Below, one piece after another: positions 1 to 12,561 of a stretch of DNA of 64,000 bases. Source of the stretch: Phoronis australis (taxonomy: Eukaryota > Animalia > Phoronida). Numbering within the stretch: the first letter of the stretch is position 1; each line of letters starts with the position of its first letter. Both the position numbers and the translations under genes were made by a program. Below the pieces are notes generated by a model. The model ran no database searches, had not been told where the DNA came from, and saw only the letters and a list, made by a program, of their open reading frames with translations. The stretch is from the NCBI GenBank assembly GCA_002633005.1, contig NMRA01000009.1, forward strand, positions 1,991,366-2,055,365. Reading direction: 5' to 3'.

Positions 1-132
1 CAGTCGCTAGACAGGCTTCAAATCTCACGACTACTAGGCCTACTCCGGAGAGACAGAATGCCAGGTCTGGTAAGGGAAAACAACAGACTTTATATCAGTT
101 GTTCGTTCCTTGTTAGTGAAATTCAAAAATGA
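1..132 (+). CDS. 3' end of a TRPV-like channel gene (paralogue 1, partial; continues left of the window)
   Basis: Frame 1 reads QSLDRLQISRLLGLLRRDRMPGLVRENNRLYISCSFLVSEIQK-stop, nearly identical to the C-terminus of the 8367-9826 exon (RSLERLQISRLLGLLHGRHRVPGLVKENNKLYISCSFLISEIQN). The 3' flank 133-~710 is also homologous to 9827-~10375. Confidence 0.88.
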   Translation, partial: QSLDRLQISRLLGLLRRDRMPGLVRENNRLYISCSFLVSEIQK

Positions 133-2101
133 CGAAACAACGGACTTATTTGCGCTTCAGTGTCGAAAACACGTGAAATCATTCATGTGTAATTACATAA
201 GATCATTTTCATCACTGTCTGTCTGCAGATGTGGATTGTCATCATGTAGTCAGGAACAAATTAGTCGTTCGGCATGACTGCCGTGGCACTGCAGGTGCTG
301 GTTACCGCCTTTGTTACAACGTTATGGTGCCCGGACACTTGCCTGTAATACAGAGGATGTAGCCACGTTAAGTGAACTTGAAGTCACAAGAGGTCGCTGT
401 TGCTGTACATGTAATGTTCTCGTTATATGAATGTTGACTGTGAGCTATGTTGTTTGGAGAAGTGTAAGCTTTATGTATCAAAAATATTATCATTGGGGAG
501 TAACAGACTTTCAATAAAGAGAGCAATGGACTATATCTGCTCGAGGCCAACTTCCGGTTTATTTTCAAGAGATAGTGTTTAATTATTTTCGCCTGTTTTA
601 TTCGTACATGTAATTTCAACGAAGCAGCACCAGTCGAACAAATTTCGTTAACTTTTGAGAAGACTAATGCAATTGTTTTTTCACCATATGAAAATGATAC
701 AGTTACTAAACAGTTACACCACGGTCTCTCTCTTTTTCTCTCTAGCATTGAACAATTCTTTACAAATGCTTGAATGAAACAATGAGCATGGGACTACTTT
801 TCTGAATGTCTGCTGGCCTCAAGAACGTTGTTGTTGTTATGTTTATCCGGCTGACAGTAATGCGCAAGTGCACTTTCGTCATCACAGTAGGGGGCACACT
901 ACAGTTACAACAGGCTTTTGGCTGCCGACATACACCGAAGTACAGATGGGCCCTTTCCTCACAATACATGAAAATGGAGTTATGGCGCTCGATACTCATT
1001 TTCAACTGTTTCTCAATGAATCTAGATTTTGTGAGAGTTTCTCAACAGATTCAGTTTGCCATTTTTGTGACTGTAGGACAACCAGTGAACAGTAATATTT
1101 ACTTACTTTTCAAACAATAGATAACTGTTCTTTTTGATACTTGTTAACGACTGATAATATAAATATACCAGTTAAATTAGCTGCATTGTACAGCAGGTTA
1201 TGATTTTAGCCCATCTTGATGTATAAATTATCCCACATACAACTGTCTAGCGTTGTAAGAGCACAAAAGCGTCTTTTGCTTGTTCAGGTTTCTACAACCC
1301 TGGTGAGTAAGATGGGTCGGGACAAACGGAAATTTCTTTCATTCTCGGACATTTTGAGACGTCGGACATTATTTTGTGAATCCCTTAAATATCCCTCCAC
1401 GCAACATTTAAAGATGCATTTTGCCCTGTTTAGTCGGCTGACAAAAAATTGGAATACATCGTTTACTCTTAAAAAATCGTTTTCGGAATATTCCTTACCG
1501 TATCGGTGATAGGACTTAATTTGCGTTATCTACTCAAGTCACAGGCATTGCCTACATGTGTCATTCTCGAATTCGCAAATTTTAGGGTCAGTCGGAGTCA
1601 GACAACTCCAAATATTGAAATTTCTTAGCGTTTTCTTAAGCCACTGATAGTTCCGATGTTCTTGCTTGTAACCGAATTGGAGTCCAGTCATTATAAGGAA
1701 CATTATTAAGACTTATTTTATGAGAGTCACAAATAACCTGATTCAATTTCCCCTTTTAGCCAACTAAAGAGCGAAATGCAACGATTCAAGACAAGGGCGC
1801 AGTCGTTTTTTATCACGCTAGCTGCTACATCGGAAAGGCTATTGCTCAACTAGTCAGCACAAACGATTTAACCAATCCAATACGATAAAACCGTTCATGG
1901 CATGGGCAGCGGGGTGATTAACATTAGTCGACAAACAATGGAAACAGTCGTTTAAAGCTCTACTCAATTCTTGTTCCATTTTGTATACACGAATGGTTAA
2001 CTTGAAGGTAGTTGTGCTTGTTGATTGTTAACTCATTCACGTGGAAAGCCATATGGATAAAACTTGCCAAGTCATTCTCGGGGAGGATAATCGACTACAA
2101 T

Positions 2102-3257
2102 AGGCCTTTTGCGAGTTTATAACAATAACGCGAGATTATGTGAGACTTAACTGTGACGTCACGGGAAGTGGGGCAAAAGCTTGTCGTTTGGTCATTTGCC
2201 CAATACGGTAGCAGAGTGTATTCTGTTATTGTCTTCGAGTTTTTAGCCGTTTAGTTCGAAAAATTCCAAAAGCATTGCTGTTATGGCAAATGAACTTCAG
2301 ATTCGCACTACAATACGTTCTATCGCGTTCTGTACTAATTTCGTCCCGTGTATTTTAAACGGGCGGTAGGCGAAATCCGCTCACTGATAAAGTTTTCACC
2401 TCGTCAAAAATACATTCTACACCTAAAATTAGCACCTAAAAGGCTCTTACTTTCTTCAGTGACTCTTTCTGCTTCTAAACATATCTTCGATAAAGCATAT
2501 ATACGGGAATTCAGGTGACTTAGGCGAAGAATTCCAACTCCACTTTGTGGTTACTGTTAACTTTGTCCGCGCGCGCGATAATCACAATCAAGTATTTCAA
2601 CTGAGTCAGGTGAGTTTGAGGCAAAGGCTAGCGCGAGACTGAGCGAAGCGCGAGATCTGGCGCGTGACACTTGCAAAATAGCATGAGAAAATATCAAGTG
2701 AAATTTGTAAGATTTGTGTCCCTTGGACTTTTTGTTCGTCAACAGGCGTGATTTCACGTAACTTCCTCAAAATGGCGGCTAGTGAGAGAAACTCGAGAGA
2801 ACCGCGAGGTTTTCATGAATATGCTCAAGTTATTTGTAGACTAAATTGTGTCCAGAGTCAGGGTATGTGTTAATTATAACTTCATGTGCACATATGCATG
2901 TTTCATTTGATTTTATTTACTGTATTTTGAAGTGAATATCTTTTTATGGGGATACACTATCGCCCCTGTATGCCTGCGCCATTCAGGCCTAGAGCGGGTT
3001 AAGTTCCAATTTCAGTCCGTTCACAGCTTCGCACAACATAACAAGGTCACATTTTCTTCGTCTATTCACAGTTATTCCACGACCCATCTACCATATCTTA
3101 AGTTGTTTTAACGTTTTAAGCGTAAAATTCACCATAAGAACTCCAGTAAGTTTTAGCGTGTGTAGCAAAGACTCGGGGCAAAACAAGAGCAATATGGCGG
3201 GTTTTGCCCCCTTTCCGGTGACGTCACAGTGACTAGCGAGAAACTCGCAAGTGAGCT
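2102..3257. mobile_element. Non-autonomous TIR DNA transposon (AT-flanked, AG...CT termini; ISL2EU-like, inferred)
   Basis: Imperfect TIRs ATAGGCCTTTTGCGAGTTT / AAACTCGCAAGTGAGCTAT, plus a subterminal inverted block ACTGTGACGTCACGGGAAGTGGGGCAAAA / TTTTGCCCCCTTTCCGGTGACGTCACAGT. No coding capacity seen. Confidence 0.6.
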
Positions 3258-3764
3258 ATTTTCCCACCAGTTTACGAGTGGACACGAAAACAGGCCGGGG
3301 GCATCTCCCATGTAAACTCATTCCTTTATCACGTTTCCTTTGCAAGAGTTATACATAGTTCAATAAGTCTAAACCTTCCTAAAAGTTCTTGGAGAGCTCA
3401 ATCACTTAAAAACTGTCAAATTCTGTTAGTGCACCTTTTGCAACGAGAGTTTTTACAGTAGAGACATTGAAAGCTTTTCTGTAAATTTCTAGGACAAATA
3501 TCACTCCCAGGTAAATTTGTGTTGTTTGAAAAAAAACAACCGTTTGTGAAATTTCGAATTTCCAAAGTGATCCTTTTATCGGAGTAAGCACACTTCAGTG
3601 GAGACTTTTTTGAGAAAATACACTCTTTCGAGAGGAAACTGGTCATGAAAAAATCACCCTCAGCGGCACGCCCTAAATAACTTCTTCATTGGAGTAACCC
3701 CCTTTACGTCATTTTCACATAAATGTGTAGCGTATGATGTGAGTCTTTTGTGTTAATTCACTTG

Positions 3765-3771
3765 TATATAA
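3765..3771 (+). promoter_or_regulatory. Candidate TATA box of TRPV-like paralogue 2
   Basis: TATATAA ~110 nt upstream of the predicted ATG at 3881; positional inference only. Confidence 0.35.
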
Positions 3772-3880
3772 CTGTCCAACAGAAGGATTATAGTGACCGG
3801 GGCGACAACTTGAGTCAAACCAATAACGAGCGGTCAAACGAAAACACTCGATGTAAGTGGACCTTGGTCAATTTACCAGC

Positions 3881-6800
3881 ATGCGTCGAATCCAAGATCC
3901 TTTGGCCTCCTGCAGTGTGCAAGCAGTGAAGCCCCAGTGGGATAGGGAACGTTTCATCAGGACACTAAAACTATGTCGTCAGGCAGATGTCTTCTTGTCT
4001 GACTACAACTTTTGGGTGTCAGTAATAGTGAAAGACGACCTGGAGGAAGTAAAAGAAGTCTTCAGACACTTGAGTAATAGAGAGCAGAGCTATCTGTTGA
4101 ACGGAGAGCTTGAGGTTTGTGACGCAGCATCTTTATCTCATAGGTCATGCACGCGCTACTGTGAACCAGGCGTGCGTTCTGGGGGCACAGTTTCTTGCGA
4201 ATAAAGCAAGAACTATTCGCAATGTTTTGCATTTGAAACACGTGATCACACTTACTTCTTTTGTGAGATGTTTGCGTCTACGAAATACTGCCCAACTCAA
4301 CATTGACAATTCATTAAGTGCATCATCGAAAAAATATAGTTTATTATTTCCTGTAGTCGATCAAAGTGAATTGGCTTTCAAAAGTGCTTCATTTTACCCG
4401 CACCACAAGGGGCAAGCTAACGTTTTTGTTGTGGTTGTCTTCGGCTTTAAGGCTCCTGGGCTTATGGTGAATCTGACAATAATGAAGTGATTTCCTCGGT
4501 ATAAGAATGAGAAGGCATGATTAACTGTCAATTTTCTTCATCTTGTTTCTGCTTCACTGTCACTGACAAACTTATTTCGTGGACCGACTCAGATTTATGT
4601 GTAAGGTTTCCACGAATTTTTATATATTACCAAAGATATAGCATCAAAAATATATTTCTGAAGTTGAATACCGGGTCGGTTCATGACGGTTTCAATTCCC
4701 GCATACTGATACACCCATGGGTCAGCACTAGCGTGAATGAATAATAGACCAATGGTTAGTGTTGATTGACCTTTTCATATTGACTATGACCTCGAGTTTC
4801 ACAATGATATTGAAACACGTGAGGCATAACGCTATAGAGCACCAAGTGCATTTATGAATCTCAGGCCTCGGTCCTTTGAATAATGTGACGTGTGCAAAGG
4901 CTTGAAGACACCCGGCGTGCGTTCAGTGGAAGCTAGGACCTACTCTAGGACCTATCGAAAACATAGTCAAAGTCACGTGTTCTCGTTTACAATGCACGAC
5001 AATACCTCACGTAATCTCTCGAAGTCTTGCTTTTTAGCGAGGCACTAGCGTTACTGAACGGGAGGGCGGATACCATGTTACGCTTATGCAGAGTAAATGT
5101 ACATGTACATAGCTCAGATGTATACGCATTGTATGCTGTGTTTACGACCAATCGATTGTATGCCTTTATGATATAACTGTAAAAGCTCATGCAACCTCGT
5201 GCTAAATGGTTTTGTGTGAGAGCCGGTCGACACAGCTTTAATTTATCGATGAACTTCTTGAATTTTGAAATTTTGTGTTTGACTTTTCCTTACAACAAAT
5301 TTGTAAAACAAAATCAGGGTCATCCGTTATGGCTGCTTAAACAGAAACACTTATGACCAGATTGTTTGAAATTTACACGGGTCTTTGAGAAGCCACCTCA
5401 AGTTACTGAAATCCCTTTGAAAGAGGAATAATTTCGTTGTTTTGACGGCCTCAAGACTACGTAGGACATTTTCGACATTTCTGTATAAATAGCCAAATAT
5501 CAAAAAAATTGTAAATTTTAACTCGGTAAAGTAGGAAAATTTGTTATTTGACTTTTCGCCAACCTGCAATTAATTGGGTCACGTGATCATGCATTTTTAG
5601 TAAACTTTCTCAAAAAAAGATTGTGTTTAAAGTGTTCCAGTTTTGTACGAGGGCCGATCCAAAATCTTAACCTTAATGAAAAATTCAAAAGTGCATGAAC
5701 CGGAAACGAAAATACTATTGAAAATGGTAATAGCGTTTCATATTGCATTTAGTACATTTTTATCACTTAAACGAAATTTGCTTTGAATTTATCCTTCTTT
5801 TTGATAAAGTTTACTAAAATACAAGGTTGCCTGATCCAATTAATGACGTATTGGTATTTCGTCAAAAATGAATTCTTCAGGCTTTATTTCTTACCATTTA
5901 CATGCATTCTTCAAACATAACATTACATTACAGTGATTGATCTAAAGTCAACAATATTTTTAAAACATATGTACATATACACACATGCACCATTTACCTG
6001 GTACAGGTGCTCTAAAGATCACTTGTTATATACACGACGTATAGTGTGAGTAAATGAATAAATCACTCAGCAGAAATATACACTCCTAGGTTGACCAAAG
6101 GTCTTTCAGTTCCACTGTTCTAGGATTACTTTGTTTTGGAACATACTTTGTAATTAAAAATGTTTTCAAATAATTAATGAAAAATTCAAATTGAAACCTT
6201 TTCTCTTTAGTTGTATTAAGCATAAGTGTAACATTTCATATATGATAAAAACCAGCTGAGTATTTTGTTTTCTTTTTTAAAAGGAATTCCAATATTGTAT
6301 TTTATCTAACTGCAGTTAGGAGTCGATCTGTGACACTATTATTAAAAAGGTATACGAAAAGGAATCAACATAATTAATTTCTAAGAGGCCAGGAGCACAA
6401 TAAACAGAATAAATTGCAATATTGAAAGTGTGTTTCTGCCACTCAACAAAATTCATCTTGCTCACCAGTAACTTTTAGGGTTTATTCGTAATGATTTTTA
6501 ATTTCTGTTGATATCAAATCATTTTGTTTTGGTTTCAATTTTCAAAAACCGATCTGTAAGCTGCTCCCACTTCGTGTATTTTTCTCCCACAAGGCACAGC
6601 ACGTCTCCTTATTTGGCATGGCGAGACATAGACGTACCTGTAGCTCATTTCCCTTATATGGAAAATGTGACCTTTGACCCCAAGCGAATTCAGGAAAATC
6701 ACGTCAATTCTGTTTTTTGAGCAGCAAGACGTACGTACAAAAAACTGCTAAAAAGGTTGAACTGAACCTACATGTAAGACTCGTCACGTTGCGCCATGAA

Positions 6801-9800
6801 AGTGTAAAACGCTGTGTAGGCAAAGGTCGTAAATATGTGTCTTATGCATTGTCTTTTGTACTTCTTTAATTTTTATGGAACTAGTGTGAAAACTTTATGG
6901 GGCAAAAATGACAATTTTTAATAGATCTGAAAAGTCACAATTATGAGTAGCAGAAAGTTATCACAACCGTGAAATATTTTTTTGCAAAATTTTCAAATTT
7001 AAAAAATCTAGTTTGAAAAGCGCTTTTTCCCCAACTTTTCGTCTTATTGACCAATTAAACTGACAATTATTGGGCCGTGTAACTCCTCCCGAAAACATTC
7101 TCAGAGGTTACGCCCCTGACTGGTCGCGAAAAAGTTTACTCACATGTACACATCTTCTATGGCAGGTAATCCTCGGGATACCAACAAACTTCAAACAAGT
7201 GCGTGACATTTTTGAAATCAGAGAAATGCACAAAAGGAAAAGCATTCGAATCGACAGCGTCTTAACGTTTAGGCACAAATCTACGTGTACATGGTAACTT
7301 AAAAGTGCTCTGATATTCGAGCTTTTTTTCAGATCAAAGACGGCACATTTTTCGAAAATTTACCCAATATGAAGAATAAGCTGGCGATGTTTCCATGGGA
7401 AAGAAAACGGTTGAAGAAGTTGTTCCCAGTCGGCCTATCGAGATCTCTTCTCATTGCAGTTTTTACCAGATCGATAAATGTAGTCGAATGGTTAATTCAA
7501 AGCGGCGCTAATCCCTTCATGAGGGACAGAGGTGCGTACTGTGAGAATGGTTTAACAAGATTTTAAGAACATTAATGAACCATTTCATACCAAGACAATT
7601 CCTTTCACCGACACATTGCTTATTTCAATGGCATTTACCATGTCGAAAAATCCATCTCAGATGAGGCCAAAAAGCACGCTTCTGGTCTTTTTTTTCAAAA
7701 GCAAATCGGTGTTGCGGCATTTGTATTAGTTGGTCATTTTTCCAAAAAAAATCCACGAGACGAGCACACTGATGGGGATTTTTTACCCAACTCGAGGCTT
7801 TGTTCTTCGAAAATTTGCACAACTGCCACAACTTGAGGGTTGCAACAGTTTGTGCACTATTTGCCTCACAAGCTATAGTTGATCATACTTGTTTAACAAA
7901 ATATCACAACCTTTCCCCTGTTCGTTCATTTGAAAGCTAATTTTCTCACTTCGTTAGTATAAACATGCACGTATATGTAAGTATAAGACTTTTTGTGTTA
8001 TACCACTAGGTGGCGGGGTGATTTTTGAACCCATGTTTCTGCTGTTTGACCTATTTTGCTCGTTTTATTTATTTAATGCAACCAGCTGTGTTTAAGTGGG
8101 TCTGTTAAAACACGTGGGGCAATGTTTTCGATAAGTAATTACGCATTTTACACAAACTCCAAATTTCAACAACACGAAAACGTGCAACTTCAAACGTGGT
8201 AACTTTTTACATTTGAATGGTATACCTATAAATGAGACCGAAGACGTCATACAATTCATACAGCTCATTGCCCAGTGATAATATTGATAATGCGTGCAAT
8301 TGATACACATATTTGTGTAACTGTTCTTCAATTCCTGCTTAGTTTTCTTCTAATCCATTTTTCTAGGAGGAAACAACATACTACACACATGCGCATTGTC
8401 AGCTGCCGTATTTCCGGAGCACGAGGAATCCTATCGCGCCATTTATAAACTAGTATGCCGATTGGTTCCACAAGATATACCAGAGCTTTTAATGTCCGAA
8501 AACGAAGACCAGCTTCGACCGTTAGAACTGTCTGCCAAGGCAGCCACATTGGGCATATTTGAAGATATTTTGAACACAGAGAATGTCTACAAGTTCACAA
8601 AAGAGCAGCAAGGTTTAAATGTGATCACTTGGTATGACGTTACTGATTACTTTGGGTTTGGTTCCAAAAATCGAATGCGCACATCGCCTCTTGAAATGCT
8701 TCGTCGTCTGACTTATGACCAACTGCAAAATTCTTCAGTTTCTACTGTACTCCGCTCTCCTCCATTCTCGACTTGGATTCGAGCAAAGATTTCACAACTA
8801 TTTGGCTTGTTCATAATTTGGATACTTGCCAGGTCAATATACATGGCCCTTTTTATGTCTTTGGTGTGGGATTATTTCCTAGAATCCTTTTCGGGACATT
8901 CGGCCAGTAATATGCAACGAATAGATAACAGTTCTTCAAATTGTTCCGTAGATATGCAGCGTTTAGGATATTTTCTTAATCGCCAAGGGATATTTATCTT
9001 GGCAACTATAGCAGTGAGTATGCGTTTTATCGTGTTCATATATTCATTTATAATGGATCATTTTTCATGCACAACCTTTACGAAGGTGGTGTCTAACGAC
9101 GCTTGCCATTCTGGTGTGAGGGTAACTGACGACACATTTTACACAGTGATAGATTTTTTACACATCGTGTCTGGAATGAGCTGCGTAATCATTGTTCAAG
9201 TTGACTACGCGCATGGTTTGAACAGGTTTACGTTGTTTGCGTATCTTGCACTTGCGACAGCTGCCATTACAAACACCTGGTCAATTATGTATTTCCTGAG
9301 GACCTTTCCAGTGATCGGCAGCTTCATTATCATATTTCAAGAAATGTTCAGAACCATGATTAACTTCATTTTGGTGTTTGTTCTGATATACATCTCTTTT
9401 GCCTTTTCATTTTACTTGATACTTGGCACGCGCTGTATTAATATGAACTTTGGTTCCCTTGAAGACAGTATGTACTCAACTTTTCTTCTGATGCTCAGTA
9501 TGGTTGACGTGGCTGAAAACTTAAATATGCACTCGCCAGAAGGCGCTGTTGTTGTCATCATGCACATCAGTTATACTCTCATTGTGACAACCATGTTGCT
9601 TAACTTCTTAATTGCAGTAATGACAAATGTTGTGTCAGAAATGTCTTTAAATGAAGAGCTCGCAATCTTGCTTAATAGGTTGTCAGTTATACGATCGTTA
9701 GAAAGGCTTCAAATCTCACGACTACTAGGACTACTCCACGGGAGACACAGAGTGCCGGGTCTGGTAAAAGAAAACAACAAACTTTACATCAGTTGTTCGT

Positions 9801-9826
9801 TCCTTATTAGTGAGATTCAAAATTGA
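3881..9826 (+). CDS. TRPV5/6-like (TRPV/TRPVL-type) 6-TM cation channel, paralogue 2, ~630 aa, 3 exons
   Basis: Exons 3881-4114, 7333-7531 and 8367-9826, all GT-AG and in phase (0,1). The spliced protein has ankyrin motifs (VEWLIQSGANPFMRDRGGNNILH; ENEDQLRPLELSAK), a pre-S1 hairpin (ITWYDVTD), six hydrophobic segments, the pore YSTFLLMLSMVD and S6 LLNFLIAVM. Exon structure is the same as the paralogue at 39000-47211 (exon 2 is 199 nt in both). The start codon is inferred. Confidence 0.88.
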
Positions 9827-10380
9827 GAAAACAAGGGACATAATACATGCTAAAAACTCATAGACGCTCCAGTGGTGAAAATTCTTCAAATCATGCATGT
9901 ATTAACGTGAGCTTATTTTGATTAATGCCTGTTTGCGGATGTAGATTGTCAGTATGCAGTCAGCAACAAATTAGTCGTTCGGCCTGACTACCATACCAGT
10001 GCCTTGCTAACTACGTTATGGTGTCCGGACACTTTAAGAGTGGATTTAGCTAACTGAGTGAACATGAAGTCGCAAGAGGCCGGTGTTGCCATATACGCAT
10101 GTCTGTCAGATATGTAATGTCTCGAAAAGTATAGGTTTTATGTTCCAAAAATGTTATTATTGAGGAGTAACAGACTTTCAATCAAGAGAGCAACGGACTA
10201 CATTTGCTCAAAGCCAACTTCCGGCTTATTTTCAAGCGATAGTATTTATTTTCGCCTGTTTTTGGTGTAGCTTCGACAAAGCAGCATCAATTTGAACGAA
10301 GTTCGCTAACTTTTGTGAATACTAGTACAATTGTTTTTTTCATCATATCCCTACCATATGATCATGATGCAGCTACTACT

Positions 10381-10535
10381 GTCTGTCTGTCTCTCTCTCT
10401 CGTTCTCAGTCCCTCTCCCTCCTTTCCTTCCCCCTCCCTCTCCCNTCTGCCCCCTCTTTCCCGTCCCTCCCTCTCCACCGGCCTCTCTCCTTTTCCTTCT
10501 CCCTCTTTTCCTCCGTCCCTACCCCCTCCCTCCCT
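10381..10535. repeat. Polypyrimidine (CT/CCCT-rich) low-complexity tract
   Basis: Almost entirely C/T; produces the spurious Pro/Ser/Leu-rich ORFs starting at 10315 and 10331. Confidence 0.85.
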
Positions 10536-11478
10536 CGAATGTATACAGTGACAGGCATTTATTCAAATTTGACAGCTTTGTGCTAGACAGGGGAGATAAT
10601 CCACAGACCACTTTTTCTTGTTAATGTTAGTGGCTGTTTTTATGACCCTCTTACCGCCATTTTGCACTTTGGAGTTTCATTTAAATTTTTGAACATACAG
10701 CTAAGGAGCTAATCTTGATGTCTGAGCAAAGTATATCTTTTCCCAACTTTATATTTTAGTGAAAATTGTCGGAAATAATGAGCCGAGTTTAACTAAGACC
10801 ATTTGAACGAAAATCTGAACTAGAATTCTGCATAAAGTTGTTATAAAAATCAAGCCCAAGCTCTTTCAAACGAGAACAAGTTGTTTTCTGGATGTATCGC
10901 GCAGCCTGGATGAAAACTGAACCCGGTGACCTTTGCCCAGTGAGTCTGTTGACATTAAATTTGAGGATATATCAAAAACTTGTACATGTAACTCTGATGT
11001 TTACCTTCATTAAGGTGAATTTATACACTCTTTAGAGTTTTTAAATGGAAATAAATACCTTTGAATTTTGAGCCTGTTATTTGTAAAGACTGGTCGAGTG
11101 TATTATATGCTAAAACACAAAATGGGAAACAAAGGTCCTTCCTGTTCGTTTAGAGGGTTATCAACAATAAAGTGCCATCACTTCAGAACATCTGACATGC
11201 TGTAAAGTACCTCATAAATCAAAGCCAGTGCCAAAGGATAAGCTCCTACTAGCCAGAAGGCGTAAATGTGTGACTGAGCAGAACCAAATCATTTCCGTTG
11301 CTCATTGAAGAAAATCTTGTGCCGGTTTTCACCCCAGCAGAAAGTGTTTATATCCTAAACACCTGAAACAACAGTCAGTCCAGTAGCGTAGCGAGCACCT
11401 CCTTGTCCCCCGTCGACACCTCGAGTGACACCCCCCTTCCACCTCACCACGGTAGGTAGCCGTATAACCCCCCAGTTA

Positions 11479-11990
11479 CAAGGCTTGGAATTTTCCGCGG
11501 ATACGCGGATTTCCGCTTTTTTCAAATGTTCTGTCCGCGCATTTTATTATATTTCCGCGTAAAAAAATCGGATTTGGTATAAAATTTCCACGGCAAATTC
11601 CTTTCTTACCGCGGCGTTGCAGACGACGTTCACCTCGAAAAGCGGAAGCTGCTCTTTATGTTTCGGAGGAACGTGAATTGTCAACATTGCCGGGGCATCT
11701 AGGATAGCGTGGTGGGATTTTCAATGGCGTCTCGTGTGATTGTAAACCGCGGTGACAAATACTACGGCCTTGCAGCCAAAAATGTGCGGGTTGGGAGTGG
11801 ACGGAAGAGCTAAAAAGACGCAGACGCATGCTGCTGATGGTGGTAACGTAACGTTTTTTAATCTTTTTTAGTCCTCCTGATTTTTGTCGGCGAAAGGTTC
11901 ACATCGACCATTTCATAAAGGCTGGGTAGCGCGCATGTTTTGGGCAGTAAAAGTTTCCGCGTCTTTTGTCATTGATCATTCCAAGCCCTC
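11479..11990. mobile_element. hAT-type MITE, apparently nested in an older CAGTAGCGTAGC...GCTACTG element (11381-12092)
   Basis: TIRs CAAGGCTTGGAAT / ATTCCAAGCCCTC with subterminal TTTCCGCG motifs at both ends. An 8-bp TSD is not recognisable. Confidence 0.5.
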
Positions 11991-12561
11991 ACGGTGAGTT
12001 AACAGATGCCTGGTGCCCCATCCTCTTGGACAGCACCTGTTTGGAACTCTCTTCGGCAGGCGCCCGGGGCACCTGACCCCCACTTGCTACTGCGCAGACG
12101 CAGTCACTCGGAATATTAGTCCAGACCGTTACATGAGTTAAATTTCGTTGACCTAATATCTGCCATGAACTGAATCATTAATAAAATTGTCTTTCTTGAA
12201 TTATTTTCTAGTTGACCTTGAGTGTTTGCTGCACTGCCAGAAATATTCGATGTTGGGGCGACCGGGATTGCAAACGCCAAAAACAAAATTTTCCCCTGGG
12301 CGGAAGAGGATACCCCTCCCTATCCCCCCATTCGTCGCCACCAGCCTCTGTCAATCGCACTCTATGCGTGATTGTCTACGAGACAAAGTGTTACCCCCCC
12401 TTATGATATCCTACATCCGCCACTGTGTATATGTATTGAATGTATCGTATGTATGTATTGGAGGCCGAAGTCATGACAACAGTGAATAAAGACTGTTACG
12501 ACAGTGTTTCGAGGCTGTGCTTCATTAATTCGACATATTACAGGAAATTGAATCATTCTGC

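Noticed and set aside
368-1509. Several 75-126-aa ORFs on both strands after the first channel stop codon
   Set aside because: No motifs and no splice-compatible links; part is 3'-UTR sequence whose paralogous copy at ~9830-10375 does not preserve the frames.
10315-10624. Pro/Ser/Leu-rich ORFs
   Set aside because: Translation of a polypyrimidine low-complexity tract.
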